DNA of 55,349 nucleotides, filler included, from Catajapyx aquilonaris (taxonomy: Eukaryota): NCBI GenBank assembly GCA_000934665.2. It is 3 parts of 3 records of this genome, joined end to end, with 100 filler letters (N's around TTAATTAATTAA, not from the genome) between each part and the next. Parts side by side here need not be neighbours in the genome. Positions count along the whole stretch, not along the records: positions 1 to 26,189 come from JYFJ02007767.1; 2 more parts are not named here. One strand, given 5' to 3'. Both the position numbers and the translations under genes were made by a program. Below, in pieces: positions 12,664-25,647 of the stretch; positions within the stretch are counted from its first letter, which is position 1; each line of letters starts with the position of its first letter. The notes under the pieces were generated by a model, which saw only the letters and a list, made by a program, of their open reading frames with translations, did no database searches and was not told where the DNA came from.

Positions 12664-14345
12664 GAAAAATACCACTAATTCAGTAATATTGGGCTGCAAC
12701 CATTCTATTGCTGTGTGAGATATAAGCTCGTCAAAGCGGGCTTCAGGTAAGTGATTAGGGTGGGCGATTGTCGAATATGGCCTTCATCGAGGCTGCCTGG
12801 ATGCTCGTCATGGAGGATTTTCGCTGCCGCGAGTCACGTCAAAATGACGTATGGTGAGTTCTGGTAGGCCTGCCACCCTTGCTGGATTCCGAACGTCCGA
12901 CCGTTGTGACGTCAGGATAGTTGGGATCGGGTGACAAAATTCGTGGCCACAGCCTCCAAAATCTCCATATTTCACTGCTCGAAGGAGAAACATTTTCAGA
13001 GTGGCCAGCATACTGGTCCTAGTCTAGTGCCTACCAACCTGCTTCTCCTCGTGGCAGAAATGGACAGGACCGATGGGCTTCAGCGACATTATATCAGGTC
13101 TTGTATAAGGTGGACGACAACACTGTATATGATAAAAATCTTCCAACCTTGTTCTCCAAAACATAATAATTGCTTCTCTTTTTTTCAGGCAGTCTCCTCT
13201 ACGCTCTACCCCGTATCCCTGTGTGTTGCCCTCCACGTGACCCTCCATATGGGGTTGAACCCGATGAGGTTTGGACGGGATTTCTTTGAGAGTATTATTT
13301 TTTTGTCTCTCGTGATGTAACTCGGATGTCAACAAACTGTGGTCCACTAGTAGACAAAGGCTTGTCCAGATTTTTTGCATAATTCGTTCCTGGACTTATT
13401 TATAACATATGCTGCCTACAGTTGACTTGTTCACAGCTTTCATGTGAAGGAACCTTGTACTTTCCGCGAGTTTTTCATCACTGCAGCTGTAATCAAGCAC
13501 GTATTGTGTCACATTGCACTGTTGCCTATTGTTTGTGATTCAAGGCGATCAGGGATTCAGTATTGTGAGGGAGTAAAAGAACCCTTTGTCGTACAGTGCA
13601 ACCGTTTTTTCGTCTCAATGAGCTGCTGCAATGATTGAGACCGTGACTGTACATATAACAGTATGTCCTTCGAAGATTCTCCGGCAAAGCTGGCACGACT
13701 AACAGTGACTGGTTAATTTCCTATATTCTTCATTGTTAATAATAATATTTGGAGTTACAGTATTTCAATATGCGAAGGCAGCAATCACTTTATAAAGGAC
13801 ATTTATTGGAGGGGGGCGCTTTCCTCTCTCCCTCCCCCCCCCCCCCCCCCCTCCCNTACAAAAGTTTGTGCCCAAAAAAGTGGGAAAAGAAATGGTTTTT
13901 TTTTCGAACCAATCAATATTTCCGCCTTTGACGACACTATTCCAAAGGCTACTGTAGTTGTCAGTCAAGTACTGTAGAACAATTTACTATTCAGGATAAT
14001 GAGTAATAATTCCTGATGTAGTTGCTTCGGATAGTGCAACTTATTGGCCTAGTCTATTCTTCTCTGCAGCATTTAACTGCAGGCATCACAATCAAATCCT
14101 TCTATTTATGTGTAAATTGTGTTCCTATACGTATAGGAGGCCTATAGGAACGCAATTTGCACATATTGTGACTGACAAACTGCTCGAAAATGAAATAGGC
14201 ATTATAGATGTGAAGGTCTATCTACTCTATCAGGTAATCTCTTCCTCTCATAATATCTAAAACAGGTCACTAATCTTGTTTCAAAATCACAAAAGTCGTG
14301 CACTGATTTACCATCGGTTATAAATAGAGGTTAGAACACTACCTG

Positions 14346-14411
14346 GGGCTGATTTCATCAAGACCGGTTTATGCTGGGTTTTATCATAAACCGGTCTTGG
14401 TGAAACCGGCG
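14346..14411. mobile_element. Mini palindromic MITE
   Basis: TTTCATCAAGACCGGTTTATG versus CATAAACCGGTCTTGGTGAAA inverted pair. Confidence 0.5.
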
Positions 14412-14499
14412 CTAACAAAGCAAGGGATAAAACTGATAAAAGTTGTAAGTTGCAACAATTAGTTAAAAGTAAACGCAGCATTCTAGAGTCCTTTCGGCC

Positions 14500-16102
14500 T
14501 AGTCCGTATCAATTCAGGCAGGGGGGTTACTTTCATAGTCTCAGATGTTTTTGAATTTAACATATGTTAAAATTCAGGCAAAGGTAAGAGACCCGTATTT
14601 TTTTGTTTTGTTCAAAAAAATTCCTGGCCCGAGATACAGGCCGCCAAAGATGGCGCCTCAGGCGCCATATTTCTCACTCGGGATTATCGGCAAAGTTTTG
14701 AAACGCTCTATCTCTGGAACGGTTAAAGATACTTTGTTGCGGGTTTTTTTATTTGAAAGATGATATTCGTCCGATTAAAATGATAACCTCCGTTTGGAAA
14801 TATGTGTCCAAGTTCTCTTGCTGTAGCCTTTTGAATTTCTTTTTCGAAAAATCAAAAATATTTTTTTTTTTCAAAAAAGGCAATCCCAAAATTTTTGATT
14901 TTCTGACTGTTGATTAGTACCATAGAGTGCTACATTACCTGAAAAGGAGAGCTTCCACTTTTGAGTTTAACAGGTTTTATAAACAATGTTCATGTTTAAG
15001 CTTCTGTGGTTAATTTGGATTGGATACAAGATGGCTGGGGCCAGGATCCACACCGATCCACACCCTACTCATGTGAAAATATCAGTGGTAATGATCCTAT
15101 TGGCTATTGATTGTGAACAACAGGTCCTGCCGTCAGTTGTAAGAAGACCGTAACTCGAAAACTAGTAAGGGCGAAAGTCGCATGCATGCCGTGCACTAAT
15201 CCACCCTGGCTCAGAGGGGATTAGTGCAGGGCGTGCATGCGACTTTCGCCCTTACTGGTTTTCGAGTTACGGTCTTCTTACATCAGACGGCAGAGGTGAA
15301 GTTGCAACCCATCCTTTGTGGTCCAACAGCACTTAATAAGTAAGCTTTTGTGAGGATTCCGCTGATCACGGTCTTAAAAGATTTAAATTTAAATAAAATT
15401 AAAAATTAAAATTAAAAATAAAATCAATAAAAATTAAATAAAGATTAAATTTTGGAAACTTTAGTTTGCTTTGAAAGCTGTATCTGTAACTCATATTTAT
15501 TAAGAATTAAAATGCCATGGCAAATAAGACTAGAGTTTGATTTCATGAGACCAATATGTGAGTATGTGTAACGGAAATTGGTTTAATGTACATGGCAAAA
15601 TTTTCAATTGTTTATAAAACCTGTTAAACTCAAAAGTGGAAGCTCTCCTTTTCAGGGAATGTAGTACTCTATGGTACTAATCAACAGTCAGAAAATCAAA
15701 ATTTTTGGGATTGCCTTTCTTGAAAAAAAAATTATTTTTGATTTTTCGAAAAAGAAATTCAAAAGGCTATGGCAAGATAACGTGGACGCATATTTCCAAA
15801 CGGAGGATATCATTTTAATCGGAAGAATATCATCTTTCAAATAAAAAAACCCGCAACAAAGTATCTTTAACCGTTCCAGAGATAGAGCGTTTCAAAATTT
15901 TGCCGATAATCCTAAGTGAGAAATATGGCGCCCGAGGCGCCATCTTTGGCGGCCTGTATCTCGGGCCAGGAATTTTTTTGAACAAAACAAAAAAATACGG
16001 GTCTCTTACCTTTGCCTGAATTTTAACATATGTTAAATTCAAAAACATCTGAGACTATGAAGGTAAGATTCTCTCTTTGCCTGCCTGAATTGATATGGAC
16101 TA
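14500..16102. mobile_element. Non-autonomous DNA transposon with about 490-bp TIRs (Academ-like)
   Basis: 14500-~14987 is the near-exact reverse complement of ~15607-16102; the ORF track shows the same 72-aa pseudo-ORF on both strands. Termini TAG...CTA, flanked by GGCC on both sides. Family assignment is inference. Confidence 0.8.
15127..15293. mobile_element. Near-perfect 167-nt hairpin MITE nested in the long-TIR element
   Basis: CTGCCGTC...GTAAGAAGACCGTAACTCGAAAACTAGTAAGGGCGAAAGTCGCATGCA versus TGCATGCGACTTTCGCCCTTACTGGTTTTCGAGTTACGGTCTTCTTAC...GACGGCAG. Confidence 0.75.
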
Positions 16103-18689
16103 GGCCTTTCAGAATATTATCGGTTACACTCCCAGAGAGAGCGTAACAAACAATGATTGTGGTCCTCGGTCCTGATGGTTGCTTGTGTTTTCACTGCTGT
16201 CTGGATAATAAAAATTCCAATCACACCTGCGATTTTAGATTCAATGACAATATAATGTTAGTTTTTTTTTTTGCTAAGAAGCACCAGAAACAAGAGTAAA
16301 TATTATCTGCCCATTTGGGTAGTATATTTAAATTAACTGTCACAATCAACAGTTAATAATTCAATGTAGCAAGGGCTCTCGACCCTGCTGCACTTGGAAC
16401 TTGTTCTATGCTATAGGTCATTCTACTCTCACATAACTAAGATGCTTGTTCGGTAAAATGTTATTGTTAAGCTATACACAGAAGAATCTCACCATTTCTT
16501 CTTATACTAATACTATTTCAGCTCATGGACGTACGATTTGATGTAATGCTCTCAATATGTGGCCTAACATTAATTATTTTTAACCTTTTTGTATCAGTTA
16601 GTACACATGTAATGGGGGTGTTACGGCAATTATTTTAGACACTGAGCAAACATCTGCTATACAAGTAGCCTGTATTCACTTGCGCCCAGAGGGGATATTC
16701 TAATGCCTTCGTATATTATGAAACAAAAACAAACTGATTGCAACATCATAGTATGTTTGCCTATCTAGTGAGCATGGTAAAAAAATAACGAATCTTACAT
16801 TGGTGTGTGTGTGTGTATATACGGTATTAAAATAAGCTCTCTCAATCCGGAAAGAAGGTTTACGATTGTGAAATAATCTCCACACCTTACTTTACTAAAT
16901 TAATACCTTAATCCTCTTATAATCCGTGTAATGTCTCACTGCGTTCCCTATCGCTATTCAGAATGTATGAAGCAAAAATATTGTCATACTCTGTGCTCAT
17001 GCTTCCGTAGCCGTACAATGATCTGGTTAATTTCCGAGCTGGCGGCTAGCGATCTCTCAACACGACTTCATTCCTCCCATATCACATTCACATTTCTGCA
17101 AATATAATTATCGTACGTGTAGCCATTTATTGTATAACATTGTAAACAGTACAAGTGTCGCTGTGAGCATGGTCATAATAGATGCATAAAATGTTTTGAT
17201 TGAACTGTCTCGTTTACTTGCCACACATTTTGCTCTGCAACTGGCTCTCATTAGTAGTATAGTTATACTCGAACTTTCTTCCAGGGGAAACAAAAATATT
17301 GATGCTGATAATATTAAGTTGAGTGGAAAAATTCCTCTCAAGGTCTGAATTGAAATACAAGGATTTCTAAGCAAAAATAGTTAAATCACTTTTTTCAATA
17401 ATTATTCACTATAATAATTATTGCAAATTTTGAAAGTGCTCTAAAAGCCAAACACTTTGTCGAGGCGGAGGACTCCTTATAAACGCCTACACAAGCCCGG
17501 TTATATTTGAGGTTACCATCTTATCCCCTTAGCAGTGTATAGTAAAAAAACAGTCTTAAAAAGTAAATATTCTGAATGGTCTATTTTGTCTACTCAGTCG
17601 TTACTTAACTGCTGTATGTGGTCAGTAATTCCCGTACAATGGACACAATAGGGTGATTCCTCGAACTGTTTTGAGACTCAATTACTGTACATCATTGGCT
17701 GGAAGGGCGTCATTACGTTGTGAGGTCCAATTAATTCTTGATGTTACATATGTGATTAATGAGAGGTATATCCGGCGATTAGATGACATAGGTATCAATC
17801 ATATAAGGCGCATCATTACTAACTGGCACATTATTACTCATTAGTCACATGAAGATCTGAAATGCAGAATGGTCCAAGTCACAATGGAAGCATTTCGAGG
17901 CAGGACAGTTTGATTTGAAAACTCTCTTACCCATTACACTTAAGGAATTCCGCTCTTCTGATATTTTTAGAGGGGAGTATTACTGATCCAGGAGGATATT
18001 GATTTGACGATCAGTCGATGACTTTGATACACAGAAATTCCCATGTTCTTTAAAACGAAGAGCCATATTCGCTCGAGACGTGGTCAATCTGTTTGGTTTC
18101 TCTCTTCTACAATTTTTCCATGGCTTGCAATTATTTTAATTGATGTTGTTGTTAATAACATGTTATGCAAATGTATACGTACGCGTAGATATCATTTTTC
18201 GCCCAGTTTGAAAAATTCGCTCTGACTTGGAAATTTTCCAGCTTGTTATCACCAAAACCTTTGTTGTATTTTCTTTGTTGCTTTGCAGGGAAAATTGCGT
18301 GATGTATTTTTGGTTTAAATTTTTGTAAAATACTGTATATTATGTGAAATTGGTTGCATGTGCTAAGTACGTATTAAATCTGAGAAGCATCCCTTGTACC
18401 AACATTGCGTAATTATTTCACTTTAAAAAACTCATTCAGACAGTATAGTTTTTACAATACAGTATATTGGCAGTGAGTGTGTCATTCCAGCTACGAATAA
18501 AATAAAATAAATATTTAGACACAAATTACAGCTTCCTATTACTTAATTATCTGGGGCAAAAATAGGGGATTTAGAACATCGAAGTCCGTCTCCTCATAAT
18601 TCCTAGAAAATTCAAAAAATGACTATACCTCAGGATGTAAACTAACTTCATTTAATGTAAAAAGATGAGGATTTCGGGGGGAAATCAAA

Positions 18690-20434
18690 TCACACTTTGA
18701 CAGAATGCACCATCACCAGCACATCCTCTCCTTCTGAGTGTGAACGTTTCCTGCCATGCACTGCGTCACCCGAAGTAGACGCTGACCCATCGTCCTGGTT
18801 GTCATCACCAACCTCTGCTAAAAAGCCAGAGGGGTTGGCCGGTATGGATCCAAAGGAATGGGTTACAGTCTGAAGTTCTGTGTGTTCAGGATCCTGTAAT
18901 TGGCTGACTTCTTTAGTGCTGTCTTCCTCTTCTTGTTGTTCATCCTTCTTCTTGCTAGACCTCCTCCGTTGCTTGTCTCCTTCTTCTCTCCGGTTCTCTC
19001 CTCTGATGCCCCTGGCGCCATCCAGTGGCGCCAATAGTTGGCAGTGAGGATGTAGCCCTAAAATGGGCTCTCGTATTGGGCTTGCACTGGCTGAGTTGCT
19101 GGTGCTGGTAAGTGAGGGCGGTTGTGAATATGGTGGAGGCGGTCCCCATAGATAGTAACTGCTGCTGTCCGTTACGAAAGGGACAGGTGGCGGATCATTT
19201 CGGAGGGCTCGTCGTCGGCAGGAGTAAAACCCATATTGGCTGTCCGATGAGCCCTGATTTGCCAGAACCAGAGGGTCGCCTGATACGCCGTCCCTGTTGC
19301 GAGAAGTTTCGAAGTACAGTGCTGGACATTAATTCCGTCACACTGCTAGCGATATTTTCCGAAGCGGCAGACGTGCAAATCGAAGTGATAGAGTGCGAGC
19401 CATGCGAGTAAGAAACGGTAGCCCTTGGGTGACGTCACTGGCTGGGGACAAGCATTTTCTCCATTGCCCACCAGCCGATGACGTCACTCAAGGCCTACCT
19501 CTTCTTACTCGCACGGATCACACTCTATCACTTCGATGTGCACTTCCGCCGCATCAGAAATGACGCGATTAATGTCCAACACTGTACAATAGTGGAGGTA
19601 CAGTACTTACCTGGGAGTAATGCGGCTGGAAAGGCGTGCAGCAGCTCCTGGGCTATTCTGCCTGTGCCACGGAAGCCAGCTCCAGGGCGAGGAACGGGCG
19701 GCTCTGGGACTGAGCGAATATAGGTTGGCAGCCCTTGAGGACCAGCACCAGGGCTGCCAAGCTAGAGGTTCACCTGGAGGAGGCAACCGGCAATCAGGAC
19801 AACAGCTACAGTAAAGATATTGAGGTGCATGGCGGTAGAGGTAACGGCATCGAAGCTCCAGCTGTTCCCAGTACATCTTCTTACGCTCGTGGCTTAGAAG
19901 CTGGTACACCAGCATGCATGAGAAAATGCATACTAGAATGCCAATCACAGACAAGCCGAAGAGAGCACGAAGGCAGGAGTAGAGAGCGCCATGGATCACC
20001 TCGCAATCTGGCGTGTCAGCAAACACATACTTCAGGCCTGTAAAAGAAAGGAGAATGAGAAAAGCGGCCAATAGGGAAAAGGTCAGACACTACTGGTGGG
20101 CAATTATGGCAGAAAAGAATTACATCATCACCATGCCATGCCCCTGCCGGGAATTGAACCCGGACCTCGAGTCTGAAGGACCCATGCCATGCCAAATGGA
20201 CCACAGAATCTGGAGTCATGTTGAGTAAAATACTCGGTTAGAAACTCCGAAAAACTCACTCTCATCGGCAGCTGCCTCCACCAGGCCTGCAAAACAGGTG
20301 CAACTTCGACTTCTGTGAGCATAGACGCACTCACGCAGAGTCTGCAATCGGTTCATATGAACTACTGTAGTTGTCACCACCACCACCACGCACAAGACAG
20401 CCGAGCCTAGGCACAATCCCCCAGCCACCTTAAT
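18690..20434 (-). CDS. Multi-pass membrane protein with Cys-containing loop and PPxY tail (CD20-like / FAM189-ENTREP-like), 3' three exons; 5' exons not found
   Basis: Exons 20260-20434, 19611-20037 and 18690-19293 join in frame through GT-AG sites (phases 1 and 2). The product has two hydrophobic helices (GGLCLGSAVLCVVVVVTTTVV; ALFGLSVIGILVCIFSCMLVY) around a CVY...CTC...DCEV loop, then SSDSQYGF and WGPPPPYS. The family label comes from recalled similarity, not a search. Confidence 0.75.
19317..19584. mobile_element. Tc1/mariner-type MITE in intron
   Basis: TA-flanked TIR CAGTGCTGGACATTAAT / ATTAATGTCCAACACTG; the arms stay complementary for about 120 bp. Confidence 0.8.
20125..20215 (-). 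mobile_element. Short SINE head remnant in intron
   Basis: Minus strand carries an A-box-like TGGTCCATTTGG and a B box GGGTTCAATTCCC. Confidence 0.5.
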
Positions 20435-20901
20435 CTGAAGCGAAAGATAATCTTTATTAAGAGATTTGATTTGTTAGGGGCAATGTTCAAAAAGAAAAAT
20501 AATCATGTATCATACTGAGCACAGGTCAGTATATGATGATACTGAGCACACAGGTAGGCTACAGAAATGGAAATGAAATGCAGCCAATTTAGCTTATACA
20601 GTAGTTTAGAGTAGGCCTATATGGTATACCTCATCATGTAAGTTGATCCCATTTTAATACGTATTCTGGAAGTGAATCATACAGATGCATGTAAAATACT
20701 GTGCATTGGAATGTACGGTTTCCGATGCACTTATTGGTAAGTGTCGTGTTTCCTTACTGTAATTGAAACAATATACAGTATTGTAAAATCATTGTGTGGA
20801 GGATAGTCTCACGCACATTACATAGGATGTCATTCAAAGTTTTATAAGAACTTAAAACATGCAAATTATTACTTTAAAATTTCATGGAGTACTTCAAAAT
20901 A

Positions 20902-21330
20902 CGAGGGGCGTTCATACAGTTCGCGCCTTTGGGTTGAAGGAAATGAGAGAAGCGGTTCAAATTGCACACATGTATTAGTCCTTCTCTCTAAATTAATCCT
21001 GCAAAACCACACATTTTTCCCAATGATGCACGACTTGTGGGACACCGTTATTGCCGAAGTCGACACTTTGCGCTTGAAAAAAAGTTTTCAACCCCGGTAA
21101 GGCTAAGGAAATGTTGGCGATGTTCCTCTCCGAAGATGGCGATTTCTTCAACCGACTCATCATCATGGACGAATGTTGGGTGTACCACTATGACCTATAG
21201 AGACCAAATTACAGAACAAGCAGCAGAAACACTCCAAACTCTCCACTGCCGAAGAAAGCCAGAATGCTGCCATCATCTGGGAAGCATAGATTAATAAAAT
21301 CTATGCTGGGAAGGTTATGCTCAGTGTTTC
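20902..21330 (+). mobile_element. Mariner transposon relic
   Basis: TA|CGAGGGGCGTTC terminus; degenerate transposase segments FFNRLIIMDECWVYHYD and AGKVMLSV (mariner catalytic region). Confidence 0.75.
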
Positions 21331-21704
21331 AATAGTTTGTGTTCTCAACTATTGACTGTACTAGTGCATTGCTATGACATTCGTCATAGGCCTACTGATG
21401 TAATGTGTAAGTCATCTCACATACTTTCAGAGTATATAGTGTTTATTATCAGACTATGGAAAAGTTCCAGCAGGTCCCTATAAACCAGAAGAATAACTTT
21501 CAATCCATGAAAATGAAATAAATCGCTAATTTCATTTTTGTGTCATTCGAATATTTTTAGTTGTTCTTTTAAATCGGCTGGCAGTGTAATCAGGTCGATT
21601 TTGATATATACTCCGTTCTTATACTTGTCGATTTACTGTACATCATTTAAAACTCACATTCAACACTATTATTTTTATATTGTACAAAGTTACATATACC
21701 TGTA

Positions 21705-21872
21705 CCCTATTTACTCAAATCTAAAACGCACTTTTTGTATTTTAAAAATACGAAAAATACTGGTAAATAGGGTGCGTCTCAGAATCAGGCACAAAGTATT
21801 CTTCTTCTTTTTCAGCATTTGACTATGTTTACTTAAAACTAGGGGGTTCGACTTCGATTCTAGTAAATACGG
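21705..21872. mobile_element. pogo/Tigger-type MITE
   Basis: TA|CCCTATTTACT...AGTAAATACGG|TA termini. Confidence 0.55.
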
Positions 21873-22629
21873 TATTATATTGCAATTCTGTTGAAATCAT
21901 ATTTGAAATTATTCCTGTTAGACCATCAACATTAAAAACGGAGAAAATATTTGTGTTCCGGAACTTAATATACTTCATTCAAAATGGTTTGAGGCCCTAC
22001 CAGTATTGTTAAATGTTGGTCGGAAATCGATAAAAAAAAATTGTCGATATGAAAAGGTTTAGGTCTTCAGTTGAGAAGCTGTAAATCTACAGCAAGATAT
22101 TACAGTAGATTTTCTGGCATTTTCTTCATAGTTTTGTGTGCCTTTACTCTAGGTAAAAGCTAAACCCTCCTTAAGATTGACAATGAATCATAGCACATTA
22201 TTAAAACAACTACCTTACAGGGTTAAATATTTAGGCTTGGAAGACAGTAAAAGAGTCTGGAACTCGTCTCTAGGGCTCTGTAGCACCTATTTGTCTGTTG
22301 AAGTCTCGGCATCAGTTTTTTCATCAGCCTCATCCTATGACAGCATGAAGAAATTCCTCGTGACTCATGTGAACAACAGCGACTGAGATCTCAACGGCAA
22401 AGTGGGCATTATCAGTAATAGTTCATCAAATCACTGTTGCTATTTTGATTTGGGAGAAGTTCACTCTTCTTTTCTACATAGTCTATTAAATTTCCCTAAG
22501 GCAGAGGGATTCGTAATTTGCTAATTTCCATGGTATGCTCCTCTACCTCCCTGTTCAACAGAAATGCCTTCAAGTTAGATGAGAGTACATAGGAATATTA
22601 CAAACATGTAATAGTAATAATATACATAA

Positions 22630-22739
22630 TGGACGGAATTTTCGTCTCACTGCTAGTTACTGCTAACTTAGCAGTACCAGTATTGGGCATGGTACTGCTA
22701 AGTTAGCATTAACTGGCAGTGGGACAAAAATTCCACCCA
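22630..22739. mobile_element. Palindromic mini-MITE (second, shorter copy at about 36321-36397)
   Basis: GGAATTTTCGTCTCACTGCTAGTTACTGCTAACTTAGCAGTACCA versus TGGTACTGCTAAGTTAGCATTAACTGGCAGTGGGACAAAAATTCC. Confidence 0.7.
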
Positions 22740-23054
22740 ATGTTAATAATATTTTACTTGACGGTCTTTATAATTTAAATGTGGTCTTTCCGCTTCTACC
22801 TTTACTTCAAATCATGCAAGAAGCGTCGCTATTGTCGTTAGAAATTACAAGGAATCGGTTTTATATCGCTAACTGCGTGAATGGATTAAACTATTCCCAA
22901 TAATTATTATTATACAGTATAGCCTATTAGTACACTGTATTGTCTGTTTTCACTGCTCAATACCGAGCTATAAATCTGAAAAAAACTTTCAATTGAGAAG
23001 TTAGTTTATTCAGATAATAATTGAGATTATTAACTTTCCATCAAGCATAGTATA

Positions 23055-23917
23055 CAGGGGTTGGACAAAATAACAGCCCCCCCCCCCCTGCAAAAAAACG
23101 GTTTTGCGTCTATTTTATTCGAAAGCTGGAAAATTTACAAATCTGACTATTGCCTAGTTTTGAAGCTCTGTCGATTTACATTTGTCGAGATATGTATATG
23201 ACGCAAAAATCATAAGAGGGAGTGAGAAACAAAAGACGAACGACATCCCCACCCCCCAGGCCCCATTTTTGACCAAAGTGTCCCACCCTGTTCATTTGAA
23301 ACCAAAACAGTTACAGATATGAACTTTACTGATGAGTTTTTGAAGCTCCATTGATGCCACTTTGTTTGGCATACAGATGGACCAAAATCATGCCAGGGGG
23401 CTGGGGGAAATGAGAAGCGACACCCACTTCCCTCCCCTGCACTAAATCTGAGAAGAGGTTGGACAAAATAATGTATACCAAAAGTTTCAATTGTTTGAAT
23501 TAAAGCAATACAAGAGAAGGGGGAGGGGGTGTCGTTTCTATTCTCCCACCCCACCCCTGCCCCACCGCATGATTTTGGTCCATCTGTATACCAAACAAAG
23601 TGGCATCGATATATCTTTAAAACCCAGTAAAGTTCATATCTGTAACTGTTTTGGTTTTCAAATGGACAAGGTGAGACACTTTGATCAAAAATGGGACTTG
23701 GGGGGGGGGNNGGGGGGGGGGGGTGTTTAGTTTGTCTTTTGTTTCTCTCTCCCGCTTGTGATGTTTGCGTCATCTGCATACCTCGACATAATGTAAATCG
23801 ACAGAGCTTCAAAACTAGGTAATAGTCGTCTTTGTAACTTTTCCAGTTTTCGAATAAAATAGACGCAAAATTTCAACCGTTTTTTGCATGGGGCCCTATA
23901 ATTTTGTCCAACCCCTG
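23055..23917. mobile_element. Tc1-like fold-back MITE
   Basis: TA|CAGGGGTTGGACAAAAT ... ATTTTGTCCAACCCCTG|TA, with long internal inverted homology. Confidence 0.85.
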
Positions 23918-24229
23918 TATGTGTTTAAAATACCAGAGCAAGATGTTAAAATTAAATGTTGACAACCATTTGAAAATCATTATTTATTTTATTTTTAAGC
24001 AGCAAAATTATTATGGTTTCAAAACAGCGTTTCGCGTTATAAAATAACACTAGTGAAGTGTAACAAGCATATTGCACTTGTCACAATCCATAGTATATTG
24101 GGCTCAATTAAAATGAACGTCCCGTAATTTTTCGCCTCTTGGCAATGGCGATTCTGATTAAATATATTCGGCCAGGTACAGTACAACTAACCGTCTCTAG
24201 CAGGGGCACTCGTTGTTTATCCAGAAATA

Positions 24230-24665
24230 CAGGGTGTTCATGAACAACACCGACAAACCTATACCACCCCCTACCTAGGCACCAGAGGATCACTTTATGT
24301 AGAGGAGTCATTATGTCTAGACCGCCTCCTTACTGAGATATTGACCCACCTGCTCTTCAGCGATTTTTGCCTAATCGCTCCTTCTGACTTTTAAATAGAA
24401 TTTGCAGGTATAACTAGCCATAGAGGCCTTCCCACATGTGGGCAAGAAACCAACCAAGTCCTCCCCCCAAACCTCCCAGAGCCTTCAGACTGCGGTAGAG
24501 TTCGTTGGGTGGCCTAACTTCCAGGATATTTTATACTACCTGCTTGAAGGCAATTTGCGCGGTAATGAGGCGGCCCAGGCACAATCACTCCTCTACATAA
24601 AGTGAACCTCTGGTGTCTAGGTAGGGGGTGGTATAAGTTTGTCGGTGTTGTTCATGAACACCCTG
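24230..24665. mobile_element. Tc1-like MITE
   Basis: TA|CAGGGTGTTCATGAACAACACCGACAAAC ... GTTTGTCGGTGTTGTTCATGAACACCCTG|TA. Confidence 0.88.
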
Positions 24666-24703
24666 TAAAATGGCACGAAGCAGGACTCTGTACGTATCCT
24701 AGG

Positions 24704-24707
<4 letters not shown>

Positions 24708-24779
<72 letters not shown>
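24708..24779 (+). repeat. (TA)n microsatellite
   Basis: Read directly from the sequence. Confidence 0.98.
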
Positions 24780-24782
<3 letters not shown>

Positions 24783-25101
24783 GTGTACTGTACGATCAAC
24801 ATGTATTTGTAATAGGGGGTGGCAAAATTGAGTTGCATCTCATTGGAAATGCCCATTTCCACCTTAATGGGATATAAGAGTGTCAGATCTGTCTTATTGG
24901 TAAAGGTTGCCATAACGTATAATGGCTGGCCTTCGTGATTCCAATGCTTATACAGTACAGCAAGTAGCCATCTCAGATATTTTATCATTAAATTATTCGG
25001 TAATTCTTCATAACAAAATAACACATACAAAATGGAAATATTCCCGCAGGAATCGGTTGGAAACCTGGGTATTCATTTTTACCGAGATAATGGCCGTCAA
25101 A

Positions 25102-25232
25102 CACAAGGTATAAAATATCCTGGCAGGTATGTGTCCCTCCACGCGACCTTACCTTTTTCATGTAAATTTTAGTTGTTATCAAGCAATTTAAGTTTAAGAT
25201 ACAATCCCATTAGGCGTAGCAGGCAGTGCCCT
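25102..25232 (+). mobile_element. CAC-terminated DNA transposon end (inverted homologue at about 52400-52533)
   Basis: CACAAGGTATAAAATATCCTGGCAGGTATGTGTCCCTCCACGCGAC...CCCATTAGGCGTAGCAGGCA matches the reverse complement of 52400-52533. Confidence 0.6.
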
Positions 25233-25647
25233 ACGCGATTGAAGTGTCTTAGGCTGTATCCGAAACATACACGTTGGCATAATGCACTTTTTATTTAATG
25301 CTAATTTTCTTGGTAACTATGCTTCCGAGACAGTCATAATATATAGGCTACCGTAAAATGGAGTTAATAGGAACACATTTTTGGGATTATATGTGTTCCT
25401 TCGTGTTCACACAGTCTTTCAAGTCATGTATATTATTAATACCCTCTGTAATGGCGATTCCTCCCACTGTGTACTGTCTACAGCATTGGAAGTGATGTCA
25501 AAATTTAGCCCGCGTGTCCTATATTTGCAATAAACTTTTGTTTTTTTAGAAATAGTGTCCAGGGAATTTATAAAACGCAAAAAAACGCCGACCGCCTTTT
25601 TAAAAACCTCTCTCTCTCTCTCTCTCCGCTTTCGCAATTGTGCTTAA

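Noticed and set aside
12760..13640. Possible coding relic (ORFs 12931-13320 and 13024-13380)
   Set aside because: No recognisable motif, termini or splice structure; a call cannot be supported.
14545..16048. Two near-identical 72-aa ORFs on opposite strands
   Set aside because: By-product of the long TIRs; no recognisable protein features.
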